Source of the DNA: an uncultured Nitrososphaerales archaeon
Lineage (GTDB): Archaea > Thermoproteota > Nitrososphaeria > Nitrososphaerales > Nitrososphaeraceae
Direction: 5' to 3'
DNA: 64,000 nucleotides
Assembly: GCA_963695855.1 (NCBI GenBank)
Contig: CAVOHZ010000010.1
Coordinates: forward strand, 1,152,001 to 1,216,000
The notes under the pieces are model-generated. The model was given only the letters and a program-made list of their open reading frames with translations. It had not been told where the DNA came from and ran no database searches. Below, piece by piece: positions 10,240 to 20,061 of the stretch; within the stretch, counting starts at the first letter, position 1, and the number at the start of each line of letters is the position of its first letter. The translations under genes were made by a program, and so were the position numbers.

Positions 10240-11559
10240 TTAAGATGGTATCAGCACTGATGTTGCATACATTATTGCCATTCCTACCGTAAATCCTGCA
10301 ATCATAGGTGTACTTAACATAGTCTTTCTTGGTTCATTAGTATTTGATGACATCCAAGAAGTGATGGAAAATACTACTTGAAATATTGCACCAGCACCTA
10401 TAGACAAGAATATTATTGCAGCAATAGGAGAATAGAGAAACCCTCCAATCCATGCTCCTACTATTGTTGGAACACCAGCTATCAAACCCATTGTTATCAG
10501 TTTTCGTATTGTCACTTTGGCACCACTTTTGGCCATTGGTGCTACTATTGCTAATCCTTCAGTAGTATTGTGTAAGGTAAATCCAACTATGAGAAAAGTA
10601 CTGAGGGCTACTTGTCCTAATAGAACAGCAGCACCTATTGCCAGACCTTCTCCAAAGTTATGTAATCCAATTCCTATTGCAATCATCATTGCTATAGCGA
10701 AAGGTTTTGCTAATTGTTGTTGCTGTTGTTGTTTTTGAAGGTCCTTTGTCGTAGAAGAAGAGAAGGAGGAAGAATATGTTACTAAGTTAGATTTAGACGT
10801 ATTGGCATCAGACTTGATTTTGGCGTGTTCAATAAGTTTTTCAGATGCATATAACAATACCAAGAAGGTAATGATTGTGATCATAGCAATCAACACTTGG
10901 CCATTAAAAGCTCCTGCAATATTTTCCCCTACAATTTCATTGCTTTCTACTAGTGCATCTATTCCTAAGAAGACAAGCAATCCTGTCGTAAGACTAAGGA
11001 AGAATTTATACTTGTTCATGCCAAGTCTTTTTATAAATGGAAACCAGAGAAGACCTATCAGTACGGGTATAACTCCTACATATATACCAATAATTGCAAA
11101 GTATGATGCTTGCTGAACATTTGGAGTTGGTGCTAATGCAGCCGCTTCAACACTCTTGCTAAACCTTGTACCATCAGAACTAGTCACTCCAACTTCATAT
11201 GGTACGCCTGCAATCCAAGAAAAAGGTACTATAACCTTTGCTTCTGCCAGTCTTGGCAATGTTTTACTTGGTTCTATTGCAGCTGGAATCATCCGATCAT
11301 TAATGTCGGCTTGCGCAATTTCTACTCCTTCTGGACCAGTATTACGGATAAATGCTACAATTTTATCATTTTGGAATTCTATCTTTTCTATTGTGATTTC
11401 AGGCAAAGGTATTCCTGTGTTTAATATCGACATACCAGGACCAAGAAGAAATACAAGCATTCCAGACAGTACTATTAAGGGAATTAACGCTATAACGATC
11501 ATTTTTTTTCGACTCGTCTTCCTGTTATTTCTATCGATTCTATTTTCATCAGACTCCAT
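10240..11559 (-). CDS. ZIP-family metal transporter with extracellular N-terminal domain
   Basis: IGLHNFGEGLAIG and LHNTTEGLA ZIP motifs; poly-Gln loop. Confidence 0.92.
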   Translation of the reverse strand: MESDENRIDRNNRKTSRKKMIVIALIPLIVLSGMLVFLLGPGMSILNTGIPLPEITIEKIEFQNDKIVAFIRNTGPEGVEIAQADINDRMIPAAIEPSKTLPRLAEAKVIVPFSWIAGVPYEVGVTSSDGTRFSKSVEAAALAPTPNVQQASYFAIIGIYVGVIPVLIGLLWFPFIKRLGMNKYKFFLSLTTGLLVFLGIDALVESNEIVGENIAGAFNGQVLIAMITIITFLVLLYASEKLIEHAKIKSDANTSKSNLVTYSSSFSSSTTKDLQKQQQQQQLAKPFAIAMMIAIGIGLHNFGEGLAIGAAVLLGQVALSTFLIVGFTLHNTTEGLAIVAPMAKSGAKVTIRKLITMGLIAGVPTIVGAWIGGFLYSPIAAIIFLSIGAGAIFQVVFSITSWMSSNTNEPRKTMLSTPMIAGFTVGMAIMYATSVLIPS

Positions 11560-11564
11560 TTCTC

Positions 11565-12791
11565 TTAACTGCCTCCTTGTGAAGCTTCTCCATATCTAAC
11601 AACTGCTGCAGATTGAGAATTTTTTGTTTTACTTTGAGTAGTAAAAGTATTCTTACTTATCTCAGCTGGATAGTCAGCTCTCTCACCTTTAGTAAATGCA
11701 GTCACATCTGACTCAGATAGGCCTTCTTTAACCAAGAACAGGCCAGTCCATCCTTTCTCTGCAAATTCTGTCTTGTGAGCGTGGAACATATAGGGACCGG
11801 GATACTTGTAGGAGAATTCTAGTATTGCTCTTTCACCTTGACTAAATGTTACCACATCTGTATACTCATTAGGAGTAACGCTGGTTCCAGTTCGATAGAG
11901 ATGAAATAGATTGCCATGCAGGTGAAAATTATTTATTTGATCAAATTCTAGTATATTAACCAAGTATACACGTACCAATTTGTCTTTTTCAATTTGGATA
12001 GGATGGTGCATGTAATAATTTGGAATTCCATTTACTGTGTAAAAGTTATTTTCAGTATCAAAGTCATTATCATATCCATTCATTACCATAACCATTTCAT
12101 CAGCTGGAGGTCTTGGTGTTTTAGGGTCTACAATATATGCACCATAAAGACCCTTAGAGATGTGCTCTTCTAAAGGCTGCATATGACAGTGGTAAAGAAA
12201 TAGACCAAATGGTTCAGCTATAAATTCATAAGTGAAGCTTCCACCGGGAGCAATAATTTCAAATACTCCATCCATTTGAGATTGATGAATGCCATGAAAA
12301 TGCATAGTATGAGGTTTTGATCCATTATTTATGAACTTGATTTTAACTAGATCACCTTCGGTTGCTCTAATTGTTGGACCTGGAATTGTTCCATTAAACG
12401 TCCAAGCATCCATAAATACACCTGGTGATACTTCAAGATTCTTATCTAGAGCTACTATAGTAAATTCGCGTAATGTGGTTCCGTTGTCTGTTGTCGATAC
12501 TTTCCCGTAATTGAACTCTCTTAGATATTTCATTGGATCTATAGTCAGATCAGTCCTTTCGTCCGCATTGAGTGAATCTAAAACATCACCTGTAGTTCTA
12601 ATTGTATTGTATCCACTACCGTGTCCGCCAGTAACTATTGTTTCCTTTTTAGTTGTTTTTTCTTCCTCCTTTGAGAAGGTATTATTATTCTGTGCAACTA
12701 CTGAAACTCCACTAAGAAAAGAAATAGCAAAAGATGTAGTTAGACTACCTGATAAAAGTATAGCAATTAATATTATTTTCGATCTTGACAT
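11565..12791 (-). CDS. two-domain multicopper oxidase, secreted
   Basis: PHTMHFHG, YHCH...H, FHLHG, MFHAH; signal peptide. Confidence 0.93.
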   Translation of the reverse strand: MSRSKIILIAILLSGSLTTSFAISFLSGVSVVAQNNNTFSKEEEKTTKKETIVTGGHGSGYNTIRTTGDVLDSLNADERTDLTIDPMKYLREFNYGKVSTTDNGTTLREFTIVALDKNLEVSPGVFMDAWTFNGTIPGPTIRATEGDLVKIKFINNGSKPHTMHFHGIHQSQMDGVFEIIAPGGSFTYEFIAEPFGLFLYHCHMQPLEEHISKGLYGAYIVDPKTPRPPADEMVMVMNGYDNDFDTENNFYTVNGIPNYYMHHPIQIEKDKLVRVYLVNILEFDQINNFHLHGNLFHLYRTGTSVTPNEYTDVVTFSQGERAILEFSYKYPGPYMFHAHKTEFAEKGWTGLFLVKEGLSESDVTAFTKGERADYPAEISKNTFTTQSKTKNSQSAAVVRYGEASQGGS

Positions 12792-12820
12792 ATGAATAGT
12801 ATTGTTAGTCTAAATAATAA

Positions 12821-12840
12821 ATGTTAGCCTATGCTAATAT
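12821..12840. promoter_or_regulatory. putative DtxR/MntR operator
   Basis: Imperfect palindrome ATGTTAGC-CTAT-GCTAATAT 30 bp upstream of the MCO start; resembles DtxR boxes. Confidence 0.65.
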
Positions 12841-13050
12841 TATTAATAAGCTTAAATATTTTATCATAGGGTTTCATAATTATAATTAGTATCTCTTTTG
12901 ACCTATAACAAATACTATATCAGTTTACTAATATCTAATCATAGACTTTGAAAATTAAATTACTGTTTTTGCCAATAGAAGTTTGTTAGATTTTATGTTA
13001 AATGTGAATATCATTTAACATTCTTATTGTCATAGAAGGGACCAAAATTT

Positions 13051-13084
13051 ATGTCATATTTGTTTCACATCCCACTGGCCCCAT
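13051..13084 (+). repeat. tRNA-3'-like att site upstream of the integrase remnant
   Basis: TTCACATCCCACTGGCCCCA resembles a T-loop plus acceptor strand; inverted copy at 8956-8989. Confidence 0.75.
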
Positions 13085-13181
13085 TTATAAGTGGGTTCAT
13101 ATACTTTGGGTTTGCTATAAGATTTTGTAGATATAAGATTTTGTAAAAGCAAGAAGGAGGAGAATAGAAGGATAAATATCA

Positions 13182-13792
13182 TTGAAATTATTTACAACGA
13201 TAGGAAAAATTCAAAATATCCCTAATTCCAAAAATATAGAACTAATAAATGAATTTCTAGAATATACGAGAAATAATAGTTCTTCAGAACATCATCAAAA
13301 TAAGAATATAAAAGTTTATAATAACATTGGTAATTTTATAGGTAAAACATTTGATTTTTAGCTATAACCAAAAAAGAACAAATTTTAGAATTTCTTAATA
13401 CTAAAGTTAAAAGATATTATGAAGATCCTGATAAAAGAATGATATCAACATGGAACAATTACCTCAATCGGTTAAGACTATTTTATTTTTATAGATGGTT
13501 ATACAATCATGCTAATGACACTGATCATGAAAATTGGCGAACTCCAGAATTTGTCAGGATAAAGAACAAAAAAAGTAAAAGAATATCTCCATATTTAGAA
13601 AGTGAAATTTGGGAAAAAGATGAATTATTGTCTATAATCAAAAATCAACCATATAAAGAGAAGAAGGCAGCTCTAACATTGTTTTGGGATCTAAATGGAG
13701 AAATCATAAAATTACTAAAATTAAAACATATTAGATTCAGGGAAAAATACGCAGAAGGTGAGGTCCCTCTGAAGGTATTAATTAAAGAATGA
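13182..13792 (+). pseudogene. truncated, frameshifted tyrosine integrase (Nitrososphaeraceae type)
   Basis: EDPDKRMISTWNNYL, FYRWLYN, ISPYLESEIWEKDELLSIIK, AALTLFWDL, LKLKHIRFREKYAEGEVP; C-terminal catalytic half missing. Confidence 0.7.
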
Positions 13793-13963
13793 TAGACATT
13801 TTATATTGACATTAGTCTTCAGTGTCAGACCAAAAAGTGTTTAGGAAAAGGTGACAACCTTTAGAGCCTCGCTAATCCCATATCTTTTTTTATCTAATGA
13901 TATGGATTATCGTTACACTTTGTGGATCACGTTGGCTGGCTGACTATTTCATGTCTTTATATT

Positions 13964-14383
13964 CTAAAAGAGACGTCTGTGCTCTGCCATCATACACCTA
14001 TTGTAAACAACATCCATGCCATTTTCCTTTGCTTTCTTCTCCGCCTCCTCATTGTAGATGCCTTCCTGCATCCAAATCACCTTAATGTCATCTTTTCTGT
14101 TAAGTGCATCATCTATTACAGGAAGTACATCTTCTGATTTTCTAAATATGTCTACTACATCTACCCTTTCTGGAATGTCTGCTATTGTTGGATATGATTT
14201 TCTTCCCAATACTTCAGAAATTGTTGGATTGACTGGAATAACATTATATCCATGTTCAATAAGGTATTTAGGTACAAAATTTCCTGCCTTTTCTTCGTTT
14301 TTTGACATACCAACTACTGCAATATTTTTCAACTGGTAGATTTTCTTTAACTCTGAATCTGAATGAGAATCCTGCTTTGTCAT
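13964..14383 (-). CDS. CoA-binding protein (YccU-like)
   Basis: IAVVGMS, VIPVNP, VDVVDIFR, IWMQEG, NRCM. Confidence 0.93.
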   Translation of the reverse strand: MTKQDSHSDSELKKIYQLKNIAVVGMSKNEEKAGNFVPKYLIEHGYNVIPVNPTISEVLGRKSYPTIADIPERVDVVDIFRKSEDVLPVIDDALNRKDDIKVIWMQEGIYNEEAEKKAKENGMDVVYNRCMMAEHRRLF

Positions 14384-14568
14384 ACTATTATTATTATAGT
14401 TTTATACAATAATATTATTGCTATTATTTGGACTGTGCGAAAAATTTTTGTTCATTTGTTCTTCTCTAATCACGTACTAAAAATGCAATGGTTTGAAGAT
14501 AATGAACTTGTATTATATAGTAATAAAGAGCGTAATGAATTTGCTTTTAAGACTGATAGTGAATCAGC

Positions 14569-15273
14569 GCTCTGTTAATTTAAGATAATTTCCACCTCCT
14601 TTAACTCAAAATCATTATTATTATTCGTTATTGTATCATTATACATAGATACAAAGAATTGTATCCAGTTATGTACATGAAATAGATTACATTCCTCTTT
14701 TCGCATACAAGGAGAGTAGTCATCAAAACTTTCTATTCTGTCTTTCAAATACTGGTTGACCCGTTCCATTAGACTTTTCTCTATTGAAGAATGAACATAA
14801 TGTTTCAATCCAATTACATTACATGCTTTATCATATCATGTACCTTCATCTGCGTATACAATATGCTTTCCATATTTTGATACAAGAGATCGAATGAACT
14901 TTTCAGCGACTATCATGTTTCTCTCTTCAGAAATATATATTCCAAGCACAGAACTGTGTACCGGTTCAATACAAAACCATAACCAGAAGTGCTGGTTACC
15001 AATCTGAATAATGGTCTCTATAATAAAAGCAGTTACTCTTTTTCTTTTATAGATCTGCAATGAACCAAATCTTTGAATCCAGTTCCCATACAGCAATGTA
15101 ACTTCTCTTTTCATCTCTAAATATTATCAATGCCTTGTATGTATTACGTAGACTTAAACCAAGATAAAGAGAATACATTACTATAACTGTGGATGTTCTA
15201 TTTCTAATGAATTTAACAAGTATTTATTAGAGATAGGACATTCACAGCTAAATCTATTTTCTTAAAACAGCCC
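14569..15273 (-). mobile_element. degenerate IS6-family element (fragmented transposase)
   Basis: [51 protein letters not shown] spread over several frames. Confidence 0.85.
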
Positions 15274-15290
15274 TTTTTTTGAAGGAATGA

Positions 15291-16637
15291 TTAATACTTA
15301 TGTTCTTTTTTTGTTTCTCTTATTACAGAATCTATATATTTTTCTAACTCATTTTCATCCAATTCAAATTTAGCCTCTTTGTCCATTTCTAGAGTATCTT
15401 TCTTTTGAGTAATTTTTTTGACAGTTCTTCGAATTTCGGCGTCCATCTCTGCTTGTCCTATTAGACCCAACAACCTTGACTCCAAGGCATGCTTACGTAT
15501 AAGTTTACGCAGATTATGATTAGTTGAAACAAGCGTTGCGGAATTGTAAATACCTAACAACATCAAAAATGCTCCTATATTCAAAACTGTTATCGATGAA
15601 AGTCCGAAAGGAGGATAAGGACTAACGACTTGTGTTGCTGCCTGATTTGCGGCAAATATTAAAAATATGCCAAAACCAGAGATTATCATGTATGTCCTGA
15701 TGATTCTATCATAACTAATGATTCTGGATATCTTCCAAAATGCAAGTCCGAAAAGCAATCCTCCGATGGGTTTACTTAATGCTAGGAATGCTCCTAACAT
15801 GATAGAAACAGTTACCGGATCAATTGCGAGATACGAAATTAGTATCCTGCTTAGGGTATACTGGTAAAAATATGTAATTAAAAAATACACAAGTGGTACA
15901 GACAATAAGATCCAATACACTATAGCATTTGTAGACTTCTCTCTGTAATTGTTCATTAATATTGCTGTTGTAATCCATATACTGAAAAAAGATATAAATG
16001 ACAAAATTCTGGAAACATTCGCTAAAAATAGATGTTTAGCCAAAGTTACGTCTCCCGAGCTTCCAACATATTCCCCTATACGATCTGGCAATGCATTCAT
16101 CTTGACACTGATAAAAGCGGCAGTCATGATTAAATTAAATGCTATCATTAACATTGACATAAAATATAAAAAGACAATCAAGTTGCGGTTTGATTTAAAC
16201 CAAGAGAAGAACATGATAGATAAAAATAATATCAAAGTTGCTGCTGTTCCATAACTTATAACAATTATCATAATACTGACAGGTGTGTAGAAGTAGTTAT
16301 TATGGAACTGTTGAAATATTAGAATTCCTATCAAACTTGCCAAAACAAATAATGAAATTAACGAAATTCTGTTAAAAGCCCAAACCATCAATCTCTTATT
16401 TAATTTGTAACTTTCAGATGAACTCTGTATATACTTTATAATCAAAAATTCTAAAAGCAGACATAATGAACTGTTGATGGAAAATAATATTAACTTACTT
16501 TGTAAAGGAATAAAATATTTATCAATGAGATCGTTTATCTTTACAACTGAAGTATCAATTAGTAAAGTCACTATTAATACGGTCACAAGAATAAGAAATT
16601 TCCTATTGCACCCTAATTTTTTATCATTTATAAGCAA
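15291..16637 (-). CDS. multi-pass membrane protein of unknown function
   Basis: About 10 TM segments and a charged C-terminal tail. Confidence 0.8.
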   Translation of the reverse strand: MLINDKKLGCNRKFLILVTVLIVTLLIDTSVVKINDLIDKYFIPLQSKLILFSINSSLCLLLEFLIIKYIQSSSESYKLNKRLMVWAFNRISLISLFVLASLIGILIFQQFHNNYFYTPVSIMIIVISYGTAATLILFLSIMFFSWFKSNRNLIVFLYFMSMLMIAFNLIMTAAFISVKMNALPDRIGEYVGSSGDVTLAKHLFLANVSRILSFISFFSIWITTAILMNNYREKSTNAIVYWILLSVPLVYFLITYFYQYTLSRILISYLAIDPVTVSIMLGAFLALSKPIGGLLFGLAFWKISRIISYDRIIRTYMIISGFGIFLIFAANQAATQVVSPYPPFGLSSITVLNIGAFLMLLGIYNSATLVSTNHNLRKLIRKHALESRLLGLIGQAEMDAEIRRTVKKITQKKDTLEMDKEAKFELDENELEKYIDSVIRETKKEHKY

Positions 16638-16716
16638 ACTTGATTATGCAGTGTAGAGTGAGCATAAAGACAAACATAATCTTTTTGTATTAGAGCTTGT
16701 AAATTGTGATGATATA

Positions 16717-17430
16717 TTGCCTAGAACAACCGGCTTAATCGCCACATCTTTTATATTCATACTGTTACTATTGTCATTTACGATATCGCCAGTTTTAGCT
16801 TCAAAGTCAGTAAATATTTTTCCCCCAGGAAGCAAACCATATGGTTTAACATATGCCGAACATGAAAAAAACTTCTGGACGTGGACACTAGCGATACCAG
16901 CGAAAGAAAGTCCTGTTAACGATCCTACAGGAGAGAAATGTGCAAAAGGTCAGACGAATACAAATTCGTCAGTTTTTTACTTGAGTTTTAACAATGGAGG
17001 TATATCTGATAGAACATGTAAAGTCCCAGCTGGCAAAGGTCTAGTAATACCAGTAATGCAGGTAGAGTGGTCTGACAAGGAATACCCAAATTCATCGGTA
17101 GAGCAGTTGCGTGAGGCCGCTAAGAAGGATCAAGATAGTGTTAACAGTTTGTATCTTAAAATAGATGATAAAGAGTACAAGTATGAGGATCTTATTAAAT
17201 ATAGAACTCCTACAGATGCTTTTGGGGTTGTCTTTCCTGATAATGGAATTTTTGGAGTTATTGAATGTGGTGTTTCCAAAGTTGTTGCTGATGGATTTTA
17301 TATAATAACTGAACCGCTTACCAAAGGCAATCACTCGATCCATTTTAAATCAAGTTTAATTTGTCCCGATCCAGATTGTGCAGAGCCTAATTTTGCACAA
17401 GATATAAAATACAATATAGTTGGACAATAG
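16717..17430 (+). CDS. secreted Cys-containing hypothetical protein
   Basis: Signal peptide; PYGLTYAE, DPTGEKC, VADGFY motifs. Confidence 0.8.
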   Translation: MPRTTGLIATSFIFILLLLSFTISPVLASKSVNIFPPGSKPYGLTYAEHEKNFWTWTLAIPAKESPVNDPTGEKCAKGQTNTNSSVFYLSFNNGGISDRTCKVPAGKGLVIPVMQVEWSDKEYPNSSVEQLREAAKKDQDSVNSLYLKIDDKEYKYEDLIKYRTPTDAFGVVFPDNGIFGVIECGVSKVVADGFYIITEPLTKGNHSIHFKSSLICPDPDCAEPNFAQDIKYNIVGQ

Positions 17431-17826
17431 ATAGATATACTAATACCAATTCTCTCCTTTTTTATCACAATTCTATTTCCGGTTCTTTTTTACATTTTTT
17501 CATTGTCTTTCCAATTCTGTTACACTTATGTTTTAGATATGGTTGAATATTCCTCTAATAGATTGTCTAAATCATGAACAGCAGTGAAGGATTCAAATCC
17601 CTATCTATGTTAATTCTTTAACAATAGTTTTAAGAAAATTCTTTAGCACAATCTAAAAAATTCATTTATCCTTAACTATATTCTAATGATATATCTACCA
17701 ATGTAGTTGCAGCATTCGAACTCCTTCATAAACTTTCATCTATTGAAACCTGGATATACATTATTTTAACTTAACAGAATCTTGATGATATTTATTTTAT
17801 TCAAAGAGTAACTAGTTCCCTTTGTC

Positions 17827-17993
17827 GAAGGCTTCAAATCAAACTGATTCCTTTTTTCCATTTTTTCCAATCAATTGGAAATTGTTATCAATTATTAAGT
17901 TACCAAACTAATAAATGTCAGTTTACCGAGCCCAATTACATGTCAAACTCGAAGGCTTCCGAGCCCGTATACTAGTAGGGTTCAATAACATTT
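17827..17993 (+). repeat. composite repeat (family B + family A), copy matching 5817-5966 and 46-81
   Basis: Direct sequence comparison; a further B motif GAAGGATTCAAATCCC lies at 17586. Confidence 0.8.
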
Positions 17994-18035
17994 TTTTAGG
18001 CCGAACAAGATGTACAGTAAAATTAATTTTGGTAA

Positions 18036-18968
18036 CTATAAGCAAAATTTCCTTAGTTCTTTAACAAATTCAATAGTTTCATTTACATCATAATCCTTTT
18101 CTGCATTCACGGCAAGAATTACTCTGTCTACTCCAGATTTTTTGAGCATGGATAAATCAGAACCAATTTCATCTGTTGTTCTTCCTGTCATAGGAGCTCT
18201 ATCACCTTTTTCAGAGATATTACTTTTCATAAGGTATGGATATGTTAGAATAGTTAGATCAAAATCCTTTCTTGATTTTGAACTTTTTTCAATTGCATCA
18301 TTAAACATTTTAATTGAGTTATGAAAGTATTCAAATGATCCTACTAAAACTCCTATATAACCATCCCCATATTTGGTAATACGCTCAAACGCCTTCGGTG
18401 AAAATCCTCCTAGCAAAATTTTAGGATGAGGTTTTTGAATAGGTTTTGGACCAATTATTGATTTTGGAATTTTGTAAAAATCTCCATTAAATTCTACTAT
18501 ATCGTCTGTCCATATCTTTTTCATAGCTTGAAGAATTTCATTTGCTCTATCTCCTCTTTTCTCATAAGGGATATTTGCTGCAAGATATTCGTCTTTAGAC
18601 CATCCAATACTAAATCCACAAATTACCCTACCTTCAGATAAAATGTCAATTGTAGTAAATTCTTTGGCAAGTGTTATAGGATTATGAAAAACCATGTCAA
18701 TAATACAAGTTCCCAATTTTACCTTTGTAGTATTAGCTGCTACAAATGCTAATGTTGTTAATGGATCGAAAATATTTTTAAAATATTCAGGCCATTGACT
18801 TTTATCGGGAGTCCCACCGTATCCTTGTTGAGGATTTATAGGATAGAACATTCGATCATATACCCAAAGTGATTCAAAATTTTCTTTTTCTGCTAAATGT
18901 ATAAATCTGATTAGATTTTCTTTAGTAGCATTTATTCCAAATTGGGGAACAACTAATCCTACTTTCAT
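18036..18968 (-). CDS. LLM-class (luciferase-like) F420-dependent oxidoreductase
   Basis: ESLWVYD, DPLTTLAFVAANT, KLGT, PKPIQKPHP. Confidence 0.92.
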   Translation of the reverse strand: MKVGLVVPQFGINATKENLIRFIHLAEKENFESLWVYDRMFYPINPQQGYGGTPDKSQWPEYFKNIFDPLTTLAFVAANTTKVKLGTCIIDMVFHNPITLAKEFTTIDILSEGRVICGFSIGWSKDEYLAANIPYEKRGDRANEILQAMKKIWTDDIVEFNGDFYKIPKSIIGPKPIQKPHPKILLGGFSPKAFERITKYGDGYIGVLVGSFEYFHNSIKMFNDAIEKSSKSRKDFDLTILTYPYLMKSNISEKGDRAPMTGRTTDEIGSDLSMLKKSGVDRVILAVNAEKDYDVNETIEFVKELRKFCL

Positions 18969-19147
18969 ATCTATTATTAGTTCTTATAGTATAAAGAGAT
19001 AATATAATTAACAATAGAATTTTAAAATTGTTATCCTAAATTATTTACTGAAAATCCTGGTTTAAGTAGTTTACATAAAATCATTTATACATACACATCA
19101 TCTTTAATATGAGAAAGATGGAAACAACAATTGAATTGATATTTTTC

Positions 19148-19594
19148 TTAATTAGTATAATATTTCCAGCATATAGTCTTTTGAATATCAATTACAATAC
19201 AGGTATCTCCCATTTCTACAACTCTTTTTTTATATTGAGAATATTTTTCAGATAATAAGAAATGAGCTTTTTTTAAAGTATCTGTATCATTTACCACATT
19301 TACTATTCTTGCTTTACCTTTCATCAAATATGAAAAATTATTCCAAACATTATCATCATATGTGTCAATTAAAAAAGAAATATTAGGATTTTTTTGTATA
19401 TTTTTTACTCTTTTCAATTCATCTGAATTCATTGTTTTTTTAGGTTTATCATCTATTGGAATGAATATATTACTACCATCAAAAACAAACACTACTGGAA
19501 CAACATAAGGTTGATTATTCTCAGGATCGACTGTTGCTAGTCTAGCTATCTTTGAATTATTCAAAGTTTCTAATATTTTTATATTTTCTATCAA
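19148..19594 (-). CDS. PPOX-class F420-dependent enzyme
   Basis: ARLATVD, PYVVPVVF, IDDKPK, LKRVKNIQKNP. Confidence 0.85.
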   Translation of the reverse strand: MIENIKILETLNNSKIARLATVDPENNQPYVVPVVFVFDGSNIFIPIDDKPKKTMNSDELKRVKNIQKNPNISFLIDTYDDNVWNNFSYLMKGKARIVNVVNDTDTLKKAHFLLSEKYSQYKKRVVEMGDTCIVIDIQKTICWKYYTN

Positions 19595-19693
19595 ATCACT
19601 ACTATAAAAAAATCAACAAGTTAATAAAAAAAGTTAATTGGCTATAACTAAAGAGATATTTGTAAATTATATTATTAGAATTAGGAATTGACT

Positions 19694-19999
19694 TTATTTA
19701 CTTGCATCTTTTTTAAAAGTGCATATTGTTTTTACATCTTTTCCATATTTTTTCATATGTATACGAGGTAAGTTCATCGTATTGTGAAAGTGGATATCTC
19801 TGCATCCTCTTTCTTTGGTTAAAAAATCTTCGATAGTGCCATTAGAATATTCAATTATATTTTTAAGAAATCCTCTTTTTTTATATTCACTTACTTCAAT
19901 AGCATTACCTTCGTTGTAATCTATTTCCCATATCTCATTGTTTATTAAAATATATTCTAGTGGCAGATTTAGATTGCCATTGTTTGTCTTAGAATTCAT
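19694..19999 (-). CDS. hypothetical protein
   Basis: 101-aa ORF with ATG start, coding-like composition. Confidence 0.5.
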   Translation of the reverse strand: MNSKTNNGNLNLPLEYILINNEIWEIDYNEGNAIEVSEYKKRGFLKNIIEYSNGTIEDFLTKERGCRDIHFHNTMNLPRIHMKKYGKDVKTICTFKKDASK

Positions 20000-20061
20000 T
20001 ACTAATAACTGTATATTAAAATAATAGCTATAAATTATTATAACGAATATTATTTTTTAGT

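Noticed and set aside
11565-12791. Nitrite reductase nirK
   Set aside because: His motifs in both domains and the ZIP/DtxR context fit a two-domain multicopper oxidase
10517-12795. Plus-strand ORFs overlapping the ZIP and MCO genes
   Set aside because: Antisense shadows of well-supported genes; the same applies to most short overlapping ORFs in the track
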